Below are positions 45,002 through 53,667 of a stretch of DNA of 64,000 nucleotides, one piece after another; the first letter of the stretch is position 1, and every line of letters begins with the position of its first letter. Location of the stretch: the NCBI GenBank assembly GCA_002479415.1, contig DLMZ01000047.1:2984-66983 (forward strand). Reading direction: 5' to 3'. A model generated the notes under the pieces. That model had not been told where the DNA came from. It was given only the letters and a program-made list of their open reading frames with translations, and did not search any database. The position numbers and the translations under genes were made by a program. This stretch comes from Firmicutes bacterium UBA7523 (GTDB lineage: Bacteria > Bacillota > Dethiobacteria > Dethiobacterales > Dethiobacteraceae).

Positions 45002-46489
45002 TTGCCAAAACTCATAATCGGTAGCCAAGAGTACGAATCCTGGCCGCCAGACGATCCACAAAACAAAGCACGCCTGGAAAATTATAAGCGCTCCCGGCTG
45101 TTGTTTAAGGGTAAGCACCAGGACGTATATGAACGCATCCAGAAATGGCTGGAGCGCCAGGAAGATAAAGAGCTTATTTATATCGTCTGCAACTTTGCCG
45201 GCCTGCTTAGCAAAGTTTCTGCCGATATGCTTTTTGGTGAGCAGCCGCGCTTTGTGGCAGGAGAAGAGAAGTCAAAGGAGCAGGAAGCGCTTGATACCAT
45301 AGTCAAGAATAATAGTCTGCATGTCCTCAATTATGAGATGGCTCTTTCAGCAAGCTGGCGCGGAGAAGCGATATATAAAGTGCGCTTTGGTAAGTTCGCA
45401 GACTGGGCAGAGACTGAGCACGCGGTCATTGAGACAGTATCGCCCGAAATATTTTACCCTATTCTAGACGAGGACAACGTCCGGGGACTCAAAGGCGGAA
45501 TATTCGGCTGGGTAAAGCAAGGTCCTGGTGACAAGAAGTACCTGCGCATCGAGCGGCAGCTGCCTGGGCTTATAGAAAGCGAGCTATACGAGCTTGACGG
45601 CCGCAGTATCGGTCAGCGCGTAAAGCTCAATACTTTCCCGGAGTATGCTGACCTAGAAGATGTGCAGGAGACTAGATATCCTGGGTTGCTGTTTGAGGTC
45701 GTGCCAAACTGGCGGCTTGATGATGAGTTTTATGGGATTTCTGATTACTATGATTTAGAGGGAATCTTCGATGAGCTGAACAACAGGGTAAGTCGTATAT
45801 CTCGGGTCCTCGATAAACATGAGAGTCCTAAATTGATCTTGCCTCCCGGTATCATGAAATGGGACGAGAATTACCGGCGGTGGCACATCGAAAAAGAAGA
45901 CCTCGAAGCTATTGAGGTTAACCCGGCCGAGGAGCAAGTTGGGGACTTACCGCGCTATTTGACCTGGGACGCCCAGCTTGAAGCGGCATTCAAGCAGATA
46001 GACAAGCTGCTGGAGTTTGCCTTTATGGTGTCAGAGACTTCGCCGGACGCCTTCGGGCTTGGGAAAAGTGGCCAGGCTGAGAGCGGGAGGGCGCTGAAAT
46101 TTCGGTTGCTTCGTCTGCTGGCTAAGATAAACCGCAAAAAGCTCTACTTCGACGAAGCTTTACGAAATACACTTTACGCAGCGCAGTATCTCAACAACGT
46201 CTGGGGCCGCGGCCCGGAGCCGCAGGATGTCAGGATTGAGTGGCAGGACGGGTTGCCTGCGGATGAGTTGGAGCAGGCTCAGGTTGAGCAGACCCGCACT
46301 GGTAACAAAGCTACAAGCAGCGTCCGGAGCGCAGTGCGGCGGCTGGACAATTTGGATGGCGAGCAGCTGGAGGAAGAGCTTGAAGAGATAGCGAAGGACG
46401 AAAAGAGCCTGGGGGGGCAAGCCGCGGATCCTGCGCTGAGCATCACTTTGCCTGGCGTGGAGGGTGACGAAGAGCAAGAGGGTGAATAG
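45002..46489 (+). CDS. Portal protein (SPP1 gp6-like)
   Basis: Position after the terminase, about 495 aa, acidic C-terminus. Family call is from general pattern only. Confidence 0.7.
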   Translation: MPKLIIGSQEYESWPPDDPQNKARLENYKRSRLLFKGKHQDVYERIQKWLERQEDKELIYIVCNFAGLLSKVSADMLFGEQPRFVAGEEKSKEQEALDTIVKNNSLHVLNYEMALSASWRGEAIYKVRFGKFADWAETEHAVIETVSPEIFYPILDEDNVRGLKGGIFGWVKQGPGDKKYLRIERQLPGLIESELYELDGRSIGQRVKLNTFPEYADLEDVQETRYPGLLFEVVPNWRLDDEFYGISDYYDLEGIFDELNNRVSRISRVLDKHESPKLILPPGIMKWDENYRRWHIEKEDLEAIEVNPAEEQVGDLPRYLTWDAQLEAAFKQIDKLLEFAFMVSETSPDAFGLGKSGQAESGRALKFRLLRLLAKINRKKLYFDEALRNTLYAAQYLNNVWGRGPEPQDVRIEWQDGLPADELEQAQVEQTRTGNKATSSVRSAVRRLDNLDGEQLEEELEEIAKDEKSLGGQAADPALSITLPGVEGDEEQEGE

Positions 46490-48663
46490 TGATGTCCAAA
46501 TTTGGAGAAGGCAGCGGCGCTGCTCGCTTCAGCGATGTCCAGGCACAGAGACTGATAAAATTTTACGAACAGGCCGAACGTGAAATACTGGATCAGCTGA
46601 ACAGGGCATTACTTCGAGGCAACAAGACTGAGTATTTGGCCGGCATGAGGAGAAATATCGGGGCTATCCTAGGCGACCTGAGAAAGGGGAATAGAACATG
46701 GTGTGAAGAAGCGTTGCCAAGTGTGTACTCTCAAGGAATCCGCTCAACTGACATTATGTTGGGGCAAGAAGGGTTCAGGGTTAGTGATGTAGCAGGTTTT
46801 GGCACCCTCCATCAACAAGCGGCACAGGTCTTGGCGGAGAACACATATCAGCGGTTGGATAGTGTGGCGCAACTAATCGGGAGACGAACAGAGAGTGTAT
46901 ATCGCGACCTGGCCCTAGAGAATATTCGTGGTAGCGTAGTTGGGTATGACAGTTGGAGAGATGTAGCTAGGCGATATCACGAACAACTAGCAGAACAGGG
47001 AGTGACAGGATTTAAAGACGCAAAGGGTCGCAATTGGAATATGAAGAGCTATGCGGAGATGGTAGCTAGAACTAGCACTATGGAAGCGCATCTTCAAGGG
47101 ACTGCTAACCGCCTGGTGGAGCAAGGTCATGATTTAGTGAAGGTGAGCAGGCATCAAGGAGCTTGCGAATTATGCGTTCCCTGGGAGGGTTCGATATTAA
47201 GTATAACTGGCAAGACAGACGGGTACCCGACGTTAGAAGAAGCAAGGGGAGCAGGGCTGCTTCACCCGAACTGTTTCCCGGCTGGAGTATTAGTCAATGG
47301 TCCGGCACCATTGGCCGCGTTTGCCAGATGGTATGAGGGCGAGATAGTCATCATTACCACTGCCAGTGGAGTAGAATTGCCCGTCACCCCAAATCACCCT
47401 ATATTGACGCCTAAAGGATGGTTGGCTGCGGGACTGCTCAACAAAGGCGATGATATCATCCGCTACACAGGGCAAAAGGGGATGATAAGCGATATTGACC
47501 CAGACGATCAGGACATTCCAACCCCGATCGAACAAGTAGTTGACTCGTTCAGGGAGTCTTGCGGCGTGCCGTCCCGATGCATGCCAGTTACCCCCGAAGA
47601 CTTCCACGGCGACGGGGTCGGCTCCGAGGTCTATGTTGTATGGGCCGACAGCCTGTTGATGGGTGATAGCAATGTCTCTTTCGGCGAGCCATTCAGCAAG
47701 AATATGTTCTGTTTTGCTGATGTGAGATCCCACTTTTTGCTTACCTTTGGCACGCTTGTGCAGATCTTCATCAGAGCGCTTACTACCGCGCAGCGCTTGA
47801 TTGGCGGCACTAGTAAGAGCGCGTCGCTCTTCGGCTGTCATCCTTTCCATTCGGGTTCTCAAGGCTTCGGAGCGACTATTAGCAGTGGTAATGCCAAAAT
47901 TAGCGAGGCGTCTCTGAAGTGTAGCATGGTTAACACCCAAGCTTTCCGCAATAGCCTTCTTGGTTTCGCCAGCGAGATACCGTTGCAGAATCTTTTCGTT
48001 GTCCAAGGGAATGCGACGATTAATTCTTGCTTCGGCAAAGCTACGAATAGGGATACTATTTTTTTCAAGAATAGTTTTAACGGTTTGCTTGCCGACATGG
48101 AAGGTGGTCGCAAGTTGATGGAGCGACTCGCCGGAGGTATAGCGACGGATGAGATCACTAGCATCAAGGTTAACGCTTTTTCTGGACATGTTTATAACCT
48201 CCAAACTAAAGATGGTTGGTATGTTGCCAATTCAATTATAACACATAATTGCCGGCATTCTTATGGACTGCACATTGACCTTGACAAAGAGATCGAAGAT
48301 CTAGAAAAAGAGCTAAAAGATGTTGAAGATACATTGCCAGGCTATAAAAAAGCTGTTGTTCCCCCAGATAAACTAATTAATTATGTCTTAAATAAAGAAC
48401 ATTTACGTGGAGGCAAAGATAAGGCTATAGCTTTTGAAAGAGCTTTGGGTTATAATATTAATAACTATCAGGAGTTGATAGGCAATATTAAGGAAAACTT
48501 AAGGGCTTGGCCTGCTGCTTTAAAGGGTAAAAACCAATATGGTATGAAATATGAAGTCATGATGCTTCTAAGCGGGCCAAACGGGAAAACAGCAAAAGTG
48601 GTTACTGCTTGGTTGGTGGACAAAACAGGTGCGAGGTTGGTGAGTGCGTATGTCAAGGATTGA
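46489..48663 (+). CDS. MuF-like minor head (head morphogenesis) protein containing an intein and a C-terminal DUF6883-like domain
   Basis: MuF/SPP1 gp7 pattern ending in the conserved HPN-C-R motif. That motif is interrupted after HPN by 326 codons bounded by CFPAGVLV.. and ..SIITHN/C. Confidence 0.85.
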   Translation: MMSKFGEGSGAARFSDVQAQRLIKFYEQAEREILDQLNRALLRGNKTEYLAGMRRNIGAILGDLRKGNRTWCEEALPSVYSQGIRSTDIMLGQEGFRVSDVAGFGTLHQQAAQVLAENTYQRLDSVAQLIGRRTESVYRDLALENIRGSVVGYDSWRDVARRYHEQLAEQGVTGFKDAKGRNWNMKSYAEMVARTSTMEAHLQGTANRLVEQGHDLVKVSRHQGACELCVPWEGSILSITGKTDGYPTLEEARGAGLLHPNCFPAGVLVNGPAPLAAFARWYEGEIVIITTASGVELPVTPNHPILTPKGWLAAGLLNKGDDIIRYTGQKGMISDIDPDDQDIPTPIEQVVDSFRESCGVPSRCMPVTPEDFHGDGVGSEVYVVWADSLLMGDSNVSFGEPFSKNMFCFADVRSHFLLTFGTLVQIFIRALTTAQRLIGGTSKSASLFGCHPFHSGSQGFGATISSGNAKISEASLKCSMVNTQAFRNSLLGFASEIPLQNLFVVQGNATINSCFGKATNRDTIFFKNSFNGLLADMEGGRKLMERLAGGIATDEITSIKVNAFSGHVYNLQTKDGWYVANSIITHNCRHSYGLHIDLDKEIEDLEKELKDVEDTLPGYKKAVVPPDKLINYVLNKEHLRGGKDKAIAFERALGYNINNYQELIGNIKENLRAWPAALKGKNQYGMKYEVMMLLSGPNGKTAKVVTAWLVDKTGARLVSAYVKD
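47272..48249 (+). other. Intein (Hint domain) within the MuF gene
   Basis: Cys1 TGT at 47272. Block A CFPAGVLV, block B VTPNHPILT, then GWLAAGLLNKGDDI, blocks F/G GHVYNLQTKDGWYVANSIITHN, +1 Cys at 48250. 978 nt, in frame. Confidence 0.85.
47290..48189 (-). CDS. Vsr/DUF559-like (PD-(D/E)xK) homing-type endonuclease with two N-terminal HTH modules, encoded antisense inside the intein
   Basis: ATG at 48189 with GGAGG 7 nt upstream. Two resolvase-type HTH segments (GESLHQLATTFHVGKQTV; GETKKAIAESLGVNHATL). Core is GPYNIDLGADPVAVEVFGGNWH....H........L...GW.VL.VW. Confidence 0.75.
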   Translation of the reverse strand: MSRKSVNLDASDLIRRYTSGESLHQLATTFHVGKQTVKTILEKNSIPIRSFAEARINRRIPLDNEKILQRYLAGETKKAIAESLGVNHATLQRRLANFGITTANSRSEALRTRMERMTAEERRALTSAANQALRGSKRSDEDLHKRAKGKQKVGSHISKTEHILAEWLAERDIAITHQQAVGPYNIDLGADPVAVEVFGGNWHASGRHAARLPERVNYLFDRGWNVLIVWVNIAYHPLLPCVADDIIAFVEQSRSQPSFRRQYRVIWGDGQFYSTGSGNDDYLALIPSGKRGQWCRTID

Positions 48664-48835
48664 AGTTAAAGAATTTGATATAGTTAAACTTAAAGACGGC
48701 CGCGAAGGAACGGTGGTGCATATCCATGACCAGCCGGAGTTGCCGCTTGCTTATGAGATTGAGTTTGGGGGCAAACTGCAGCTTGAGACAGTAAAAGCTA
48801 AGGACGTAGAAGTGGTTGTTTGGAGAGAAAAATAG
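48644..48835 (+). CDS. DUF4926-like small protein (candidate partner/immunity of the MuF C-terminal domain)
   Basis: Overlaps the MuF stop. FD.VKLKDGREGTVV.I.......YE.EF fits the DUF4926 pattern as I remember it. Confidence 0.55.
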   Translation: MRMSRIEVKEFDIVKLKDGREGTVVHIHDQPELPLAYEIEFGGKLQLETVKAKDVEVVVWREK

Positions 48836-48844
48836 CACCTTTGG

Positions 48845-49195
48845 TTAGGTGCTTTTCTTTTTGGCCTTATCTGGTTTTGTCACCCCTTCTACAGCAATCC
48901 CATAAATCAACCGGTCATTGAACCTCATAGGAATCAATGCTCGACTTTTATAGCAATAACAGTTATGCTCTTGAACCCAGACAGCATTGCCGAATTTTAT
49001 CTTGGTGCCAGGCCTGGGGTTATGATAAGGGAACCCACAGGATTTCCAAAACAAGCGAGTATGCTCTTTGCCTAGACGAATCAGGGTAGGGAGCATTTTG
49101 TTTTGATAAAGTAAGCCTAGGCGATAATTGATACCAACATGAACATCAAGTTTATCCTGGGGCATATACCAATCCATAAACAACACCTCTGGCAA
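48845..49195 (-). CDS. Hypothetical protein, reverse-oriented within the morphogenesis region
   Basis: 116-aa ORF. No family recognised. Confidence 0.45.
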   Translation of the reverse strand: MPEVLFMDWYMPQDKLDVHVGINYRLGLLYQNKMLPTLIRLGKEHTRLFWKSCGFPYHNPRPGTKIKFGNAVWVQEHNCYCYKSRALIPMRFNDRLIYGIAVEGVTKPDKAKKKST

Positions 49196-49243
49196 TTAGT
49201 TTCGCTAGGGGCGTTTTATTACCTGCTAAGGAGTAAAAAAACA

Positions 49244-49510
49244 ATGGGAAGCTCAGCAAGCAATCAAAAAAATAAAGTAGTTCGACTGCATCACAAAACT
49301 GTAGTTAAGGCCCTGAAGGATATGCTAGAGCTAGCTCAAAATGGGAAACTGCGAAGCATTGTCATGGCTGGGAATGTCCGAGAAAAAGGCGGCGAAGAAC
49401 TAACATACACCAGTTGGGCTAATGCCGAGCCTGGCCACAGGATGGAGCTTATAGGGCACCTGCAGATTGATGTGATGATGGATGTCGTTGCTGTAAATCT
49501 CATTGAATAG
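49244..49510 (+). CDS. Hypothetical protein
   Basis: ATG follows AAGGAG. 88 aa. Confidence 0.5.
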   Translation: MGSSASNQKNKVVRLHHKTVVKALKDMLELAQNGKLRSIVMAGNVREKGGEELTYTSWANAEPGHRMELIGHLQIDVMMDVVAVNLIE

Positions 49511-49652
49511 GGGGTATTCGAGTTGAAAATGCAGCCATTTTACCCCTGGATCCCAAACTGTCCGGAAACAAAACTGTCCCAAAAATTAGAAGTCGGGCAG
49601 ACAGAGATAAACGAAGAGAACGCAAAGGGCAAGATAAAATAAATCTTAGGAG

Positions 49653-50402
49653 GTGGCCCAGGTGGCCAAGAGTTTATACCCGGGCAATATCGACTTGCAA
49701 ATGTTTGCAGATGGAGGAGAGGGGGATCCGCAGGCAAAGGGAGGATTCTCCGCCGCATACGTCCAGGAGCTGCGCGATGAAGCTGTCGCATGGCGAAAAA
49801 AACTGCGCACTGCGGAGGAAGAGCGCGACGACTACAAGTCCAAGCTGGACACCGCAAACAAGAAATCAACAGACCTTGAAGGTCAAAACAAAACGCTTCT
49901 GGAAAGCGTTGCAGGCGCTTTGGGGCTCGATGCAGCCAAAGTAAAACCGGAAGAAATCCCCGGCAAGATAAAGGACGCAATAAGTAGCAATAACGCAGCT
50001 GTAGACAAAGCTCAGGAAGCTTTGCGTAAATCAGCATTTATTGCCGCTGCTGTCAAGCAAGGCGTTCGCAAGGAAGCCCTAGAGGATGCTTACAAACTAG
50101 CGGATTTTTCTGCAGTTAAGGTGGACTTAGAATCCATGTCTGTGTTCCCGGTGGACAAGGACGGCAACCAAATTATTGGTGAAGACAAAAACCCCGTGAC
50201 TGGCCTTGATTCTCTAGTGGGCGCCTTGGCTAAGGACAAGCCGTATTTGGTAGGCAAGGTCGGAGGTGTAGGCAGCTCATCTAACCCAGGTGCTGGCAGT
50301 CAAGGGTCTGGTGATGCCGATAGCTTTGGGGCGGAGCTTGGCAAGAAACAGAAAGAGCAGAGCAAGAAGCACAGTGAAAGCCAGAACATTTATTTCGGTT
50401 AA
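49653..50402 (+). CDS. Scaffolding protein (GP20-like)
   Basis: Coiled-coil, charged protein upstream of the capsid genes. The likely start is the second GTG at 49662, after AGGAGG. Confidence 0.65.
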   Translation: MAQVAKSLYPGNIDLQMFADGGEGDPQAKGGFSAAYVQELRDEAVAWRKKLRTAEEERDDYKSKLDTANKKSTDLEGQNKTLLESVAGALGLDAAKVKPEEIPGKIKDAISSNNAAVDKAQEALRKSAFIAAAVKQGVRKEALEDAYKLADFSAVKVDLESMSVFPVDKDGNQIIGEDKNPVTGLDSLVGALAKDKPYLVGKVGGVGSSSNPGAGSQGSGDADSFGAELGKKQKEQSKKHSESQNIYFG

Positions 50403-50426
50403 ATAAAAAACGGAGAGTGATAAAGT

Positions 50427-51170
50427 ATGAGCAAATTTGTTGAAACCACGTTTGGTGGCACGCAAGAAATACTGAAATTCCCTGACCATTATGTTGCCAT
50501 GCCAGTAATGGTCAGCGACTCTGGAGTGTCGGCTAACGAGCAAGGCAAGAAAATTGTCCCGAAAGGTACAATTATTGGCGGAGCTTCCGCAGCGGTGTTA
50601 AGAAACCTTGACCAGGCCGCGGTGAATAAATTCGTTGACGCAGCATATGCAGACAAAACAATTGGGGCAACTGGTAGCAATAATGCTATCTACGGCAAAG
50701 CGTTGGAGCCTGGCACTGGCGGGAACAGCATCAAAATTACCTTGGTTGACCCCAGCGCAAACGATGAGCCTCTGGCGGTTGCTGTTACCGGTAAGGAAAT
50801 CGTCGTTACCTTAGCCACTGGAGGAGCAGGCGCAATCACTAGCACAGCAGCGCAGGTAGTGACAGCTCTTAACGCTAACGAGGTTGTAGCTGAGTTTGCG
50901 ATCTTTACTGCTGACATCGAAAGCAATGATGGTGGGTCAGGGGCATGTGGGGCTGTAGCTGAAACTGCTTTTGACGGCGGCCATAACGGCGTTGTAACTG
51001 GTGCAGAGGGCGTACTTAAAAATGATATTGATGTGACCTATGGCCCAAAAGAAGGCGCAATGATTCTGCACGGCTTCATTAAGGTTGCTGCGCTTCCATA
51101 CGGGAGCAAGAATGATTTGGCTGCGGATGCCGCCGCATCCGCTTTGCCAATCATTAAGTTTATTAAGTAA
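50427..51170 (+). CDS. Capsid-associated protein (possible head decoration protein)
   Basis: Position between the scaffold and a lambda-E-like major capsid gene. Ala/Gly/Val-rich. Confidence 0.4.
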   Translation: MSKFVETTFGGTQEILKFPDHYVAMPVMVSDSGVSANEQGKKIVPKGTIIGGASAAVLRNLDQAAVNKFVDAAYADKTIGATGSNNAIYGKALEPGTGGNSIKITLVDPSANDEPLAVAVTGKEIVVTLATGGAGAITSTAAQVVTALNANEVVAEFAIFTADIESNDGGSGACGAVAETAFDGGHNGVVTGAEGVLKNDIDVTYGPKEGAMILHGFIKVAALPYGSKNDLAADAAASALPIIKFIK

Positions 51171-51202
51171 TATTATAAAAAACACATGGAGAGTGATTTA
51201 GA

Positions 51203-52264
51203 ATGAGCCAAACCATTTTTGACATGGTAAACGCCCAAGAGATAGCATCATATTGGAGCGAAGCCGTTGAAAACCAGATCCCATATTTAGGCGCGACTCT
51301 GTTCCCGCCAAAAAAACAGCTTGGGCTTGATTTGTCGTGGATTAAGGGTTATCAGGGGCTTCCAGTTGCCCTGACGCCCTCAGCCTTCGACGCGAAAGCA
51401 ACCCTGCGCGATCGCATCGGCGTCAAAAAGATTGAGACCGAAATGCCGTTTTTCCGTGAATCTATGAGAATCGGCGAAAAAGACCGACAGGAAATAAACA
51501 AGCTCCTGGCAGCTTCCAACAGGGCAACTTTGGAGCCAATCCTTAACCGCATCTTCGATGATGCTGGCAACCTGATTGCCGGCGCCGAAGTGCAGGCAGA
51601 GCGTATGCGCATGCAACTTCTCGCAACTGGCAGGATTCAGATTGTAGCCGAAAATCGTATGAGCTACGATTATGACTACAAACATCCTGGCGACCATAAA
51701 GAGACATTACTCACCACTGCCAGGTGGAGTCAGTCAGAAACAGCAGTGCCGGTTCAAGATATTCAGCGTTGGCAGGATGAAGTTGAAGAGAACACTGGAG
51801 TGCGTCCGACTAGAGCAGTATGTAGCCGCAAAACGTGGAACTATCTGATGGCAAACAAGTCCATTCGCTTGGATATGGATCCCATTGGCGGGACAAACCG
51901 CATCATGACTGATGCTATGCTACAGCAGTATCTAGCAACTAAGCTGGGATTGTCTGTAGCGGTATACAGCAAAAAGTATCAGACTGAGCTTGGCGGAGCC
52001 TCATATTCGTTCTTCCCAGACGAAGTATTTTCCTTAATCCCCGATGGAAATCTGGGAAACACCTACTTCGGCACAACTCCGGAAGAATCGGACTTGTTGG
52101 CAGGCGGAACTGACGCAGAGGTTAGAATTGTCAATACTGGCGTGGCCGTCACAACTTTTAAAGAGGTTCACCCGGTAAACGTCGTGACTGTTGTCTCCGC
52201 GATCACGCTGCCTAGTTTTGAAACACTGGATAATGTGTTCATAGCAACTGTGCATACAGCGTAA
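51203..52264 (+). CDS. Major capsid protein (lambda gpE-like family)
   Basis: N-terminal ..IFD........Y.........YLG..LFP pattern, size 353 aa, followed by a strong terminator. Confidence 0.75.
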   Translation: MSQTIFDMVNAQEIASYWSEAVENQIPYLGATLFPPKKQLGLDLSWIKGYQGLPVALTPSAFDAKATLRDRIGVKKIETEMPFFRESMRIGEKDRQEINKLLAASNRATLEPILNRIFDDAGNLIAGAEVQAERMRMQLLATGRIQIVAENRMSYDYDYKHPGDHKETLLTTARWSQSETAVPVQDIQRWQDEVEENTGVRPTRAVCSRKTWNYLMANKSIRLDMDPIGGTNRIMTDAMLQQYLATKLGLSVAVYSKKYQTELGGASYSFFPDEVFSLIPDGNLGNTYFGTTPEESDLLAGGTDAEVRIVNTGVAVTTFKEVHPVNVVTVVSAITLPSFETLDNVFIATVHTA

Positions 52265-52281
52265 GATAGCAAAATCCCAAC

Positions 52282-52319
52282 AAAGGGCGAAGGCAAAAAC
52301 AACTTCGCCCTTTGTTTTT
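52282..52319 (+). terminator. Rho-independent terminator after the major capsid gene
   Basis: AAAGGGCGAAG, a 10-nt loop, CTTCGCCCTTT, then GTTTTT. Confidence 0.7.
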
Positions 52320-52335
52320 ATGGAGGGTTAGAGTG

Positions 52336-52575
52336 ATGGTCAAGGTAAAAGCAAAAGCAAATGTAAGATACAAAGGGGTTAGCTATGCTTCCGGAGATAC
52401 CTTCGAGATGTCCGAGCAAGAGTATGAAGAGCATGCAGGCGGAGTAGTTGTTGCTGCAGAACCTTTAATCAAGCCGAGTCAGATATCAGATACCTTGAGT
52501 GCCAACAATCAGTCGGAAGAATCCAGTGTTAACCCAAAACGCAAAGAAACAAAGCCGCGAAAAAATAAGAGGTGA
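52336..52575 (+). CDS. Small hypothetical head-module protein
   Basis: ATG follows GGAGGG. Confidence 0.45.
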   Translation: MVKVKAKANVRYKGVSYASGDTFEMSEQEYEEHAGGVVVAAEPLIKPSQISDTLSANNQSEESSVNPKRKETKPRKNKR

Positions 52576-52934
52576 TGGCCATGGTTTCTGTGTCATTTGC
52601 AAACGAGTACTTTGCGACTAGGCTTAACACCGAGGCATGGGATGACGCCAGCAGTATAACCAAGGAAAAAGCCCTAGCTCAGGCCGAACGAGAATTGGAG
52701 CCTTACAAAGCACAAACAAGCAGCGCCAAGTTACTCTCGGCAATTTGTGAACAAGCACTTTGGTTGTTGCAGGGCGATACGCGGGCAGAGCTACAGAAAG
52801 CAGGCGTAAAGGTTTTCAATATCGGGAATGTTTCCGAGCAATTTAGCGCTGGGGGCAGGCCGCCAACCATCTCTCCACAAGGATGGGCTATTTTGCGGGG
52901 TCCCAGCGGAGTTAAAGCGGGGCGGTTGCTGTGA
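52572..52934 (+). CDS. Head-tail connector (gp6-like)
   Basis: Position and ..A..Y...RL....W......K..AL..A pattern. Confidence 0.6.
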   Translation: MMAMVSVSFANEYFATRLNTEAWDDASSITKEKALAQAERELEPYKAQTSSAKLLSAICEQALWLLQGDTRAELQKAGVKVFNIGNVSEQFSAGGRPPTISPQGWAILRGPSGVKAGRLL

Positions 52935-53224
52935 TTGGCTTATACTTGAATCAAAAAGCAACATGGAAGAGCGTGGTGGGGCGAAACCAATATGGTGAAC
53001 CAAAAACAGAGTCGCAGGAAATAAGTGTTCGCTGGGAAGCTAAGCGCCGCATGGTCCGTGATAAAGAAGGACACGAAATTGTTTCCGAAGCTCGCGTATT
53101 TTGCGTGGAGCAGGTATTGGCAGGGGACTTTCTGGAGCATGATGGTAGGACTTGGCCTGTTATCGCTGTTTCAGGAATTCCCGGGCTGGCCGGCGATGAG
53201 AGTCACAGGGAGGTGTATGTCTGA
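52931..53224 (+). CDS. Head closure / head-tail adaptor protein
   Basis: Position and size. Overlapping start/stop. Confidence 0.5.
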   Translation: MIGLYLNQKATWKSVVGRNQYGEPKTESQEISVRWEAKRRMVRDKEGHEIVSEARVFCVEQVLAGDFLEHDGRTWPVIAVSGIPGLAGDESHREVYV

Positions 53225-53661
53225 TGTCTAGAAGAATGAGAAGCAAGTGGCGCACCAAGGAAGCTGTGGAAATTGTGGTTAAGGCCGGGCTTAAAGCCTT
53301 AAGGACAGGCGGCGAGAACATTCTTACTCACAGCATTGACGATGCTCCAGTTGAATCCGGCACCCTGCGTCGCAGCGGCACGGTGACCGTAGGCGCACTG
53401 CCTGACTCGGCGGCCGTTTATGAGGCTGCTGAGGCGGGCAAAGAACATAAAGGCGCATTTACAAAAGAGTTGGGAAAGGAAGCAACAGTTTTTGTCAGCT
53501 TCAACACTCCGTATGCGAGAATAATGCATGAACACTTGGGGTACAAACCTAAGCTGGCTGGCGGCCCAAAATATCTCGAAAGCAACTTCAAAAAGCTCAA
53601 GCGCAAGACTCAGCAATATGCTCAATTGCAAATTAAAAAGGCCTTACGGAAGGCGAAGTGA
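53224..53661 (+). CDS. HK97 gp10-family tail-completion protein
   Basis: ..AP.ESGTLRRS.. motif and position. Confidence 0.65.
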   Translation: MSRRMRSKWRTKEAVEIVVKAGLKALRTGGENILTHSIDDAPVESGTLRRSGTVTVGALPDSAAVYEAAEAGKEHKGAFTKELGKEATVFVSFNTPYARIMHEHLGYKPKLAGGPKYLESNFKKLKRKTQQYAQLQIKKALRKAK

Positions 53662-53667
53662 TAAAGA

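Noticed and set aside
49540-50037. 165-aa minus-strand ORF antisense to the scaffold gene
   Set aside because: The Pro/Arg/Leu/Cys-rich translation is typical of a shadow ORF opposite a Glu/Lys/Ala-rich gene, and no RBS is present. In contrast, the antisense gene in the MuF intein has an RBS and recognisable domains.
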